Below, piece by piece: positions 35,079-41,759 of a stretch of DNA of 41,759 nucleotides; position 1 is the stretch's first letter, and the number at the start of each line of letters is the position of its first letter. Source of the DNA: a virus. Taxonomy: Duplodnaviria > Caudoviricetes. The translations under genes and the position numbers were made by a program. Below the pieces are notes generated by a model, which was given only the letters and a program-made list of their open reading frames with translations, did no database searches and was not told the DNA's origin. Where the stretch lies: positions 1 through 41,759 of the IMG/VR virus record IMGVR_UViG_3300033076_000557, one strand, 5' to 3'.

Positions 35079-35434
35079 CTCTTCGCTCCAATATGTTGAA
35101 GCACTCGTAAGGCAGCATCTACCTTCCAAGGCTTTAAAGCTATATTATCTGCGATGTTGGCCCATTCGTGTACTTGCTTGAACCAAGCTTTGTCGAAGAG
35201 CTTCTTTTTTTCATTCTTTGACATCGGGCCTTGGTCCAGCCATGTATGACACTTGTAGCATCCCCACACACTCATGCAGTCATCAGCTTTGAGGCCACGA
35301 CCTTTGCCATGTATAAGTTCATTACTATGACATGCCACAGTTGTTGAACCTTCATCACCATCACAGTATGGATGGCACTCTAGCAAGCACTTCTCGCCTT
35401 GGGCTAGGCGCAGTAGATCAGGGTCGCGGTACAT
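35075..35434 (-). CDS. DUF1364 / YbcO-like zinc-binding nuclease
   Basis: C......C.....TTVACHSN...HGKG.GLKADD.....GC..CH..LD. Confidence 0.85.
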   Translation of the reverse strand: MYRDPDLLRLAQGEKCLLECHPYCDGDEGSTTVACHSNELIHGKGRGLKADDCMSVWGCYKCHTWLDQGPMSKNEKKKLFDKAWFKQVHEWANIADNIALKPWKVDAALRVLQHIGAKR

Positions 35435-35763
35435 CAGTTCATCGCCCTTGCTTCTACTCGGTTGTTAAAACATTCAATCTTGTAATGCTCAAAGCGCAAC
35501 TTGGCTGCTTCCATCATCCATTTAATCTCCTCCTCAATAGCCACAGCAGCCTTCAAACCATGCAGCAATGTCATGTAGTCAGGATGTGCGTAGGCATACA
35601 TCTCTTTTGCTCCCAATGAGTTGGCATCACTATCAGCCATCAGAATAGCTTTCTTGCTTTTCAATGCGTTCTCAATGTATGTACGCTCTGCCTTTGCTTG
35701 TGCAAACTTAGGCGCATTGTCTCGAATGAAATCAATGGCTCTTTGGGCTTCTGCTTCTGTCAT
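35434..35763 (-). CDS. Coiled-coil protein, possibly UvsY-like
   Basis: A.AKAE..Y.E...KSKKA.LM......A.E..AYAHP.Y motif; function uncertain. Confidence 0.5.
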   Translation of the reverse strand: MTEAEAQRAIDFIRDNAPKFAQAKAERTYIENALKSKKAILMADSDANSLGAKEMYAYAHPDYMTLLHGLKAAVAIEEEIKWMMEAAKLRFEHYKIECFNNRVEARAMN

Positions 35764-35888
35764 TTCTTTTCCTTTTCTAGTTTCTCAATACGTTTCTCAA
35801 GGGCTTTTACTTTTTCTTCCAGCACCTTAATTGGGTCTTTGTAGCCAATTTCCCTATATGGGACTGTGATGCCTATTGGTTTTCGCAT
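35760..35888 (-). CDS. Small coiled-coil protein (42 aa)
   Basis: Hand translation MRKPIGITVPYREIGYKDPIKVLEEKVKALEKRIEKLEKEKK; fills the operon gap; ATGA overlap. Confidence 0.55.
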   Translation of the reverse strand: MRKPIGITVPYREIGYKDPIKVLEEKVKALEKRIEKLEKEKK

Positions 35889-36112
35889 GTCATTCTTTCC
35901 TCTTTCTTAATTCTGCGCATACATTCACGGACTTTTCTTTCACCACCAAAGCCAAACTTTTCATCACACAAAGCCAATTTTGCTTCGATTGTTGCCTTGT
36001 TTTTCATCACTTCCCATGTTGTCAGTAGCTCTCGTGCTTCTGCCATGATTAAGTCATGCAGTGATGGGCTTGGCTTTGGGTTTCTTACCCTGAATACTGG
36101 TCTTGTACTCAA
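35873..36112 (-). CDS. Hypothetical protein
   Basis: ORF track 35873..36157; TTGA-coupled start at 36112 is more likely. Confidence 0.5.
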   Translation of the reverse strand: MSTRPVFRVRNPKPSPSLHDLIMAEARELLTTWEVMKNKATIEAKLALCDEKFGFGGERKVRECMRRIKKEERMTCENQ

Positions 36113-36654
36113 GTGTTCTTTTCCTTTAGTTTGGCTTCGACTGCCGCGACTAGCCAATGACGAGATTTGTCCGTCATTCCAGCAAGTTGCAGTTCTTCCT
36201 CATCCGTCAGCCCAACCCATGTGCGCTGTGGTGACTTAAACAAAGGCACATCAATATTGAAAGGGATGCTCTTGATGTCAAAGTTGTCATGCGGCTCAAG
36301 CCTATATTCGTTGTATTCATTGCGGTGGATGTACGCCACAGGCTCCTGCTCTTTGGGTTGTGCCGTAGGTACGGGTGGATGTGTGTTTTTATATCCTGCG
36401 TAAATTGGCGTTCTACCTTCTGGCACTTCTTCGCCATATCCGCTAAAGATATAAATGTTGTTGATGGCTAGATCAGCGTGTCCGATAAGTTCTAGCCTTT
36501 GCTCTACCTGTTCATTGCTTTGTTGTGCCAAAAATGCCTTAACAATTTCTATTTCATAATCCCAACCATCTGATTGATATGGTTTTTTATCCATTATTTC
36601 AAGCAACAATTCTTCATGGTCATAAAACCATTTCACTATTTTTTCTTCGTTCAT
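36109..36654 (-). CDS. Mosaic phage protein (EPVA / WVGLTDEE family)
   Basis: EQEPVAY, QRTWVGLTDEE, AVEAKLKEKNT motifs; start MNEEK after AAGGAG. Confidence 0.7.
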   Translation of the reverse strand: MNEEKIVKWFYDHEELLLEIMDKKPYQSDGWDYEIEIVKAFLAQQSNEQVEQRLELIGHADLAINNIYIFSGYGEEVPEGRTPIYAGYKNTHPPVPTAQPKEQEPVAYIHRNEYNEYRLEPHDNFDIKSIPFNIDVPLFKSPQRTWVGLTDEEELQLAGMTDKSRHWLVAAVEAKLKEKNT

Positions 36655-36908
36655 AGTTGCTCCTTTGTGTAAAGCGGAATGTGTGTTGCAGTGCAATATT
36701 CGTCTACGTCATCAGCCATGTAGACGTTGCCTTGGCAAATAAACGCCACAGGCTTTTGCTCTGGCTGTGCCAAGGCTTCTTTGATGGCGGTGATGGCTTT
36801 ATTGCCATTCGCCCATCGCTTTGGGTGTGACTGTTTTATGTATGCCGATTTTTCATAACTTTCCAACGCCTCAAGCGCCAGCTTCAGCGCATCAATCTGT
36901 TTGCTCAT
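36651..36908 (-). CDS. Phage protein (ALKLALEAL family)
   Basis: ALKLALEALE...AITAIKEALAQPEQ.PVA...PLYT; ATGA start at 36908. Confidence 0.7.
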   Translation of the reverse strand: MSKQIDALKLALEALESYEKSAYIKQSHPKRWANGNKAITAIKEALAQPEQKPVAFICQGNVYMADDVDEYCTATHIPLYTKEQL

Positions 36909-37453
36909 AATGTTGCCCATTTGTTTTTTCTGCGTGTTTCCCATGCTTTAAAGGCGTGTGCATTTAAGCCTTTTCTTACTTCTGACAGTTTCTTTTTGTG
37001 AGAATCAGACAGAGGAACACCTTTTTTTGCTTTAGACATTTTTTCTCTGGCCTCTTGTCCAACTGGCGGTAGTTTCTTGCCAGCTCTTAACTCAGCACTT
37101 TTCTTGGCGATTTCTGGTCGCTTCATTGCGTTGTTAGCTGACATTTTCTTTCTGGTTTCTTTTGACGGGTTTGACAAGCCTTCTCCACCGTCAGTCATAT
37201 TTACCAGCTCAATGCCCATGTCTTTAAAGCACCAAATGAGAAATTTCTCATGTGCAAATGCTTCTTGCTCTGTTTTCCATTTTGCTAGTTTTATTGGTAA
37301 AAACCCGTGTTTTGCTACCGTGTTGTTCCAATAATTATTGCGACTAGATTTGCAAACTATGCGATCTTGCTTTCCTTTTCCAATGTAGAAAATTTTGTTG
37401 TCACTTTTACGCGCATGGGCATAAGTGAAATATGCTTCTGTTTGTGTTGTCAT
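36905..37453 (-). CDS. GIY-YIG-type homing endonuclease with NUMOD3 repeats
   Basis: YAH.....IFYIGKG...R, E.EAF..E..LI, LVN.TDGGEG, ETRKKMS / EAREKMSKAKKG / HKKKLSE..KG. Confidence 0.85.
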   Translation of the reverse strand: MTTQTEAYFTYAHARKSDNKIFYIGKGKQDRIVCKSSRNNYWNNTVAKHGFLPIKLAKWKTEQEAFAHEKFLIWCFKDMGIELVNMTDGGEGLSNPSKETRKKMSANNAMKRPEIAKKSAELRAGKKLPPVGQEAREKMSKAKKGVPLSDSHKKKLSEVRKGLNAHAFKAWETRRKNKWATL

Positions 37454-37659
37454 AGTGTTGCCCTTGGATAAAAAGTCACACAATCGCTTTTCATATGAAT
37501 AGTTGCTTTGACGCCTAGCTCATTGGAAATCTTGTTGACCCATTGCGTCAATCTTGCGCCAAAGAAAAAATCTCCAAATTGACGCTCAAGCAATGCAAGA
37601 CTGATTTCAGCCTGTTGACCAGAATTAACTTGTGAACGAATCCAGTTTTCAATGTTCAT
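37450..37659 (-). CDS. Hypothetical protein
   Basis: Start moved to MNIENW (ATGA coupling). Confidence 0.55.
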   Translation of the reverse strand: MNIENWIRSQVNSGQQAEISLALLERQFGDFFFGARLTQWVNKISNELGVKATIHMKSDCVTFYPRATL

Positions 37660-37760
37660 AACGGAGCCTCTGGCAGTTGTGCGCGTTGCTGTTGCGCGTA
37701 TTCTTTGATTTGTTTTGCTGTCCACGGTGTTGGTGGTTGTGTTGGAAATGGCCAATTCAT
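37656..37760 (-). CDS. Pro-rich peptide (34 aa)
   Basis: Hand translation MNWPFPTQPPTPWTAKQIKEYAQQQRAQLPEAPL; ATGA coupling at both ends. Confidence 0.6.
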   Translation of the reverse strand: MNWPFPTQPPTPWTAKQIKEYAQQQRAQLPEAPL

Positions 37761-38038
37761 TTCTGCTCCATGTAACTAAGTGTGTGCCAATATAAGAACG
37801 AAGCCATAGTCATCAACATATCTTTGGCTTCTTGGTTTTCTTTTTTCTTCATGTCCTCTGCCATGTAGCACCATTGCAATTCACCAAGGCTGTACGCATG
37901 AGGGTTTGTTTTGTGGTCTTTTTTGATGACTTTTGCCAATTCAGAAAAGAACTTGATTTGCTCTATTGAGTCCATTGCCCAAAACGCTTGAGCCATGATT
38001 TCTGGTGTTACTTTGATGTTTGCTATTGCATTAGTCAT
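37757..38038 (-). CDS. Hypothetical protein
   Basis: TPE.MA.AFW.MDS.EQ..FF motif; coupled. Confidence 0.65.
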   Translation of the reverse strand: MTNAIANIKVTPEIMAQAFWAMDSIEQIKFFSELAKVIKKDHKTNPHAYSLGELQWCYMAEDMKKKENQEAKDMLMTMASFLYWHTLSYMEQK

Positions 38039-38340
38039 TACATTTCCTTTTCAATTAACGCCTGAACACCTGCGTCCAAGCTTCCGTTACCCATTTCTTT
38101 AAGTAACATAGTTTGGATTCTATTGAGTTTTAGTTGTACAGTCAAGCCTTCTTGTTGTTTTTCTTCAACTTTTTTTGTTTTTGGTCTGCCAGCACCTCTT
38201 CTCCAGCCTCCCCAAGTGTTCTTTGGCCCAACAAAAGACTCTTTGAAGTGGTCAGGTTTCTTGTGGTACTTCTCGTAGTCGGACTCCTTTTCTTTGAAGT
38301 CCAACCCTTCCCAATTGATGAAATGCTTATTGCTGCTCAC
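38038..38340 (-). CDS. Small DNA-binding protein with GGxRxGAGRP motif
   Basis: WGGWRRGAGRPK AT-hook-like motif plus RHH-like tail. Confidence 0.6.
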   Translation of the reverse strand: MSSNKHFINWEGLDFKEKESDYEKYHKKPDHFKESFVGPKNTWGGWRRGAGRPKTKKVEEKQQEGLTVQLKLNRIQTMLLKEMGNGSLDAGVQALIEKEM

Positions 38341-38779
38341 GGCGTAAATACTCCGCTAACAACAATGCTTCTGCCCTGCCATTGTCTTTTTTCCGCGACA
38401 GTGGAGCGTTGGGCCAAAGTTCTCGTGCCATTTCTAAAGAATGATTCTTGTCTGAATCAAGTTTTAAGGCCTTCTTCCACTTCTGAGGGGTAACTAGATG
38501 CCAAGGACAATTAAAGCGCTCTGTGATTGCTATAGCGGCTCCAAAAGCCATTCCAAACTTGAAGCTAGAGCTGACACCTTGACCTGGCATTGAATGAACC
38601 GATTCGATGATGATTTCAACATCTTGTCGATCTATGGCTTGGCACATTTCTGCCCAAACAGCGCGGGAAAGAATGTGTTTCTCGTTGTGCAGCATGTCGC
38701 CACAAGATTGGTACTTGCCATTGTGGTCAATTAAGCCCCAAGCACCTGTGTAGCCTGGGTCAATTCCTAAGTACATCAT
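38327..38779 (-). CDS. RuvC-like Holliday junction resolvase
   Basis: LGIDPG.TGA, IIESVHSMPGQGVSSSFKFG, VTPQKWKK, DK..S...A..LWP, GRAEALLLA. Confidence 0.9.
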   Translation of the reverse strand: MMYLGIDPGYTGAWGLIDHNGKYQSCGDMLHNEKHILSRAVWAEMCQAIDRQDVEIIIESVHSMPGQGVSSSFKFGMAFGAAIAITERFNCPWHLVTPQKWKKALKLDSDKNHSLEMARELWPNAPLSRKKDNGRAEALLLAEYLRREQQ

Positions 38780-38883
38780 TTGACAAACCTCAGTTGGTTG
38801 CAGCGTGTGCATCTGAAGATGTACTTTGCTAGGCAAACTTTTTTAGCGATCTGGAAGTCAATCCAGTTGTGTTTACATGTCAT
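38776..38883 (-). CDS. Mini zinc-finger protein (35 aa)
   Basis: Hand translation MTCKHNWIDFQIAKKVCLAKYIFRCTRCNQLRFVK (CxHxW...CxxC); ATGA coupling at both ends. Confidence 0.65.
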   Translation of the reverse strand: MTCKHNWIDFQIAKKVCLAKYIFRCTRCNQLRFVK

Positions 38884-39221
38884 GATTCACCTCTTGCTTG
38901 AATTGCTTGCAAAATGTTCCATGCTGCACTTGACTGTGGTGGCATACTCATTAAAGCTGCGGTATTTAGCAGTTCTTTTTCAGCTAATGCCTTTATTGCC
39001 TCACGCTCGGCTAAAACTGCGGCATCTAGCTCTTGATACCAACGGTCAAACAAAGCTACGTTTTTCAACTTTTCACGCTCTTTAGCTGTAGCCTTGGCTT
39101 CTACCAGTTTGGCAAAGGCTTCTAGTCTTTTCTCAATCATGCGCCCCGTACTTGGTGTGCGAGGGTTTCCGCTATACAACTTTGCTTGCACAGCCATCTC
39201 AATGATTTCATCTTGTGTCAT
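38880..39221 (-). CDS. Conserved phage protein (MTQDEIIEMA / AEREA family)
   Basis: MTQDEIIEMA, LEAFAKLV, AEREA, AIQARG motifs. Confidence 0.75.
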   Translation of the reverse strand: MTQDEIIEMAVQAKLYSGNPRTPSTGRMIEKRLEAFAKLVEAKATAKEREKLKNVALFDRWYQELDAAVLAEREAIKALAEKELLNTAALMSMPPQSSAAWNILQAIQARGES

Positions 39222-39697
39222 GCTGCCTCCAATGGTTCAATACGGCGCATCTTTTTGTGGATGTACTCTTTGTTGATTTGATCTAACGCCTCTTCCATCT
39301 TCCGAACAGGGCAATTTTTTAGTTGTTCATCATGCAACTCAAGGATGGTCTGCACGATCCCAATCTCTTCGCCCATGAACAGAAACTTTTTCCCACTGAT
39401 GCCACGCTGGGCCATCGCATAGATAGCGTCTTGGGCTTCATGTATCTCTGGCAACCAATCACGACCAAGCTGGAGGTTTGCCAAAGCTTCTGCCATGTTG
39501 ACCATGTGAATTAAGAAATCAACGTGTTCTCTGTCGCCTCTACCTGCGCGAATTTCGTCAAAGGCAACGTGATTTCTCAAAAGCAGCTTAGTACCAGCAT
39601 CTGGTACGTCTGCTACGTTCTTGAATCCAGAGATTACCCATGTCATAGTGTCTAAGCGAACACCTTTGGGTTTGTATTTTTTTCGTGGCTTGCTCAT
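39218..39697 (-). CDS. Conserved hypothetical phage protein
   Basis: KPRKKYKPK start; NMAEAL; L..HDEQL. Confidence 0.7.
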   Translation of the reverse strand: MSKPRKKYKPKGVRLDTMTWVISGFKNVADVPDAGTKLLLRNHVAFDEIRAGRGDREHVDFLIHMVNMAEALANLQLGRDWLPEIHEAQDAIYAMAQRGISGKKFLFMGEEIGIVQTILELHDEQLKNCPVRKMEEALDQINKEYIHKKMRRIEPLEAA

Positions 39698-39924
39698 TTT
39701 TCAACTCCTTCTATTGCATTACGTTTTCTATTCCAATCCTCTGACCAACTCAAACAATCACCCAGCTCTGTTGATCTAGAGTAGATTGATCTACAAGCCT
39801 TCGGTGCGATCTTATGTACGTCAAAGTCTCCAGTGACATACAAAGCTTCGTTTATCTTTGATTCAGGAAAGTACATTCCCATCTTCACTTGGTTCAACAG
39901 TGCATGTGCTTCATGTTTTGTCAT
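39694..39924 (-). CDS. Hypothetical protein
   Basis: MT..EA..LL..VK.G......I..AL..TGD; ATGA coupling. Confidence 0.65.
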   Translation of the reverse strand: MTKHEAHALLNQVKMGMYFPESKINEALYVTGDFDVHKIAPKACRSIYSRSTELGDCLSWSEDWNRKRNAIEGVEK

Positions 39925-40592
39925 ACAAACAACAAGTCCTGTACAGAAACCTCACCTCCTGCGTCATAGCGTTTGCTATCACCTTTTGGGTAAGGCTCAA
40001 TGTCGTACATCAAGGATGAAAGCATGGCTTTCTTTTGCCCTTGGCTTCCAACAAAATAAATATAACGATGCTTTCTGGCTCTGTCTTGCAAATAGAAATC
40101 ATCACCAAACTTGTCACGCATCCATTGCGCTCTGTTTTCTTGGCCTCTGCTCATGTCTGCAACAGTTGCACCATGAAGATGCTCCATTCCTTTAAGCTTC
40201 CAATCTGTTCGTTTGGCGCTTAGACCTGTATAGACAAAGTTTGTGGCTTGATATACGTAACCAACATGACCTTGCTCTGTGTCTGCGTAAGAAACTACCA
40301 CTGTAGGTTTTGGTAACATTTTTAAAGACCTGCCAACAAGAATTGAGGCAATATTTTTTTTGTTTTCACAGCAAAGGCGATTAAGCTCAATTACGTTATC
40401 CATCCACTTTTCACCACAGACACCAACTCTGAGGGAGCTACTAACTGGCGTTCCATAAGTCACCACGCCGATAAGCTTTGGCCCGTCATACGCTCCAAAT
40501 GCGTAGCTGATAGGACACATGCGTTTAGCATAGTGCTTCTTGAGCAACCACGGCTCAGTTTCTTCTGCTTTGATTGGCAATACTTTTAACAT
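39921..40592 (-). CDS. mom: Mom-like adenine-modifying GNAT enzyme
   Basis: HY......FG......LIGV.TYG.P, ELNRL, SLKML, VVSYADTEQGHVGYVYQATNFVYTG, KHRYIY, PYPK motifs of the Mu Mom family; TTG start with AAGGA RBS. Confidence 0.75.
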   Translation of the reverse strand: MLKVLPIKAEETEPWLLKKHYAKRMCPISYAFGAYDGPKLIGVVTYGTPVSSSLRVGVCGEKWMDNVIELNRLCCENKKNIASILVGRSLKMLPKPTVVVSYADTEQGHVGYVYQATNFVYTGLSAKRTDWKLKGMEHLHGATVADMSRGQENRAQWMRDKFGDDFYLQDRARKHRYIYFVGSQGQKKAMLSSLMYDIEPYPKGDSKRYDAGGEVSVQDLLFV

Positions 40593-40677
40593 TCAATTTC
40601 CTTTCGACCACAGTTCTCCAAGGGTGGATAGAGCCATCTCTTCCTTCCCTCTCCAAGCTTTTATATGTATTAAATAC

Positions 40678-40864
40678 AAAAAAAGCCCCAAGTGCGCATG
40701 ACGGATTTGTTCACTTATACACAACGCCTTGATTACCACCGATGTACGTTGTGCTTTACCAGTCGCCAAATCAACGCTGGTCGCCTTTTGCACAGGGGTG
40801 TATCTGTGTGCGGTGATTCTTGGGTTCAGTCCATGCAGACCATCAGCTAACGCGCCCTGACGGT
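40678..40864 (-). ncRNA. Candidate multi-stem pseudoknotted RNA
   Basis: Four local hairpins plus two crossing long-range helices; ends in GGGGC-U7; several G-U pairs favour the minus strand. Confidence 0.6.
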
Positions 40865-40880
40865 TGCCTAAAGCAAAAAC

Positions 40881-40982
40881 AAAAAAGCCGTTTAGCGAAA
40901 CATCTTGGTGCAAACCCACTCGATTTCTCTGTGGGCAAGATGCTTCATTAAACGGCTTCAACATGTCGCTTTGCACGGCAAC
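40881..40982 (-). terminator. Attenuator-like leader: small hairpin plus long intrinsic terminator with complementary loop/bulge
   Basis: GUUGC-CGUGCAAA-GCGAC, then a ~27-bp hairpin carrying a UUUGCAC bulge, followed by a U-run. Confidence 0.75.
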
Positions 40983-41000
40983 GGTTTGGATTCTATACCA

Positions 41001-41384
41001 CTAATGCAGATTATTCTGAACAGTGATAGATTTTTTTAACTGCCGTAGTTTTTCAGCAACATCTGCTGGCATCCCTACAGCTCGTTTAGTGTCTTCCTCA
41101 ATCTTTGCCAATGCTGGGTCTTTGAACGTCACATTGACATTGACTGTCATCTCAGGTATCTCAGCCCCATCCCAACGCATCTGATTGATGTAGACCAGCG
41201 GTGCAGGAATAAAAGCACCATCTGCCTTTTTCCATGCGTCCGTGGTCTTCATCCAAGTCACGTGCTTGATGATCTGATCTGCTTGCGTATCCAACTTCAA
41301 CTTATTCCATTTAGCCAAGCAAGTAGATTTACCTCCTTTGCGGATTGATTTAGGCCATACATTCCAGAAGTCTTCAAAAGTCAT
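41001..41384 (-). CDS. Replication-initiator C-terminal-domain protein (no N-terminal HTH)
   Basis: FEDFW..WPK..RK.GK.....KW.KL...W.K..G.FIPAP..YINQ.RWD motif found at the C-terminus of phage O-like initiators; starts at residue 3. Confidence 0.75.
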   Translation of the reverse strand: MTFEDFWNVWPKSIRKGGKSTCLAKWNKLKLDTQADQIIKHVTWMKTTDAWKKADGAFIPAPLVYINQMRWDGAEIPEMTVNVNVTFKDPALAKIEEDTKRAVGMPADVAEKLRQLKKSITVQNNLH

Positions 41385-41393
41385 TTCAGCTCC

Positions 41394-41543
41394 TTAATTG
41401 AACCAGAGATAGAACCCGTGCAGGATTCCGATAGGAAAAAAGATAGCGCCAGCCACCAAGAATCCCCAAAGACCGTGAGCAAAGCAAGTGAAGATGTGAG
41501 TCAACCAAGCTGCAAAACAAAGCAATCCAATAAGTCCACCCAT
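41394..41543 (-). CDS. Small membrane protein (49 aa)
   Basis: AAWLTHI.TC.....WGFL.AGAIFFPIGILHG; start moved to MGGLIG. Confidence 0.65.
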   Translation of the reverse strand: MGGLIGLLCFAAWLTHIFTCFAHGLWGFLVAGAIFFPIGILHGFYLWFN

Positions 41544-41544
41544 G

Positions 41545-41718
41545 CTATTCCCCTGTAATGATTTTTGGCTGTTGCTCTTGGGCTTGTAGTTGACTAACAA
41601 ACTCTAAGAACATCTTTGCAAGGATGCTTGCACCAGAGTCTTCAGGCGCATCAGACACGATACGGATACCAAGTGTTCCGTCTTCTTTGTCTGTCAGGAT
41701 GATGTTGACTTCACTCAT
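41545..41718 (-). CDS. Hypothetical protein (57 aa)
   Basis: Hand translation MSEVNIILTDKEDGTLGIRIVSDAPEDSGASILAKMFLEFVSQLQAQEQQPKIITGE; GGAG RBS. Confidence 0.65.
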   Translation of the reverse strand: MSEVNIILTDKEDGTLGIRIVSDAPEDSGASILAKMFLEFVSQLQAQEQQPKIITGE

Positions 41719-41759
41719 TTTTGTACTCCAATTCCAATAACAATTCGCAGTAGTGGATC
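41711..41759 (-). CDS. DUF3310 protein, 3' end (continuation of 269..1)
   Basis: Joining the ends gives ...AEDIRK-V-IHYCELLLELEYKNE-stop, the expected family C-terminus, in frame. Confidence 0.85.
   Translation of the reverse strand, partial: IHYCELLLELEYKNE

Noticed and set aside
38776-38883. Suspected programmed frameshift at AAAAAAG upstream of the RuvC gene
   Set aside because: The 35-aa zinc-finger ORF reads through in frame and couples normally to the RuvC start
40678-40864. Group I intron, tRNA or OMEGA RNA identity for the structured element
   Set aside because: No P7 R/S consensus, no cloverleaf or T-loop, no interrupted gene and no adjacent TnpB/IscB
40593-40976. 127-aa minus-strand ORF across the structured region
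   Set aside because: GTG start inside a hairpin loop, runs through two terminator-like U-runs, no protein-like motif; base pairing explains the sequence better

Overview
The window appears to be a complete, circularly permuted ~41.8 kb genome of a tailed phage with podovirus-type morphogenesis genes; a DUF3310-like ORF reads in frame across the end/start junction. The host is probably a freshwater betaproteobacterium, which is inference from gene content only. Layout: (i) divergent control region at ~1.2-1.4 kb with a Cro-like gene; (ii) rightward early operon 1.4-5.9 kb (ERF recombinase, SSB-like protein, HNH endonuclease, Acb2/Tad1-like protein, many small ORFs); (iii) leftward late block 31.6->5.9 kb (GNAT-like protein, terminase subunits, portal, scaffold, major capsid, adaptor, 1465-aa tail fibre with S74 chaperone, nozzle, second fibre, probable ejection proteins, GH19 lysis cassette); (iv) a rightward island at ~32.0-34.7 kb with its own sigma70 promoter, five genes including a GP88-like Cys-rich protein, and a terminator; (v) leftward operon from 1.2 kb across the junction to 34.7 kb (MazG-like, DUF3310, truncated replication initiator, Mom-like DNA-modifying enzyme, RuvC, GIY-YIG endonuclease, DUF1364, ferritin-like protein). 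I saw no DNA polymerase, primase, helicase, integrase, CI repressor, tRNA or CRISPR array. The two strongest unexplained signals are (1) a ~15-fold, hand-counted depletion of [CG]AA[CG]/[CG]TT[CG] tetramers in the 32.5-34.4 kb island, which is bracketed by G-run tracts and operator-like repeats, and (2) a ~310-nt highly structured non-coding element (kissing-loop attenuator plus a pseudoknotted multi-stem RNA) between the truncated replication gene and the mom-like gene. All protein calls are by motif recognition from memory; no searches were run.
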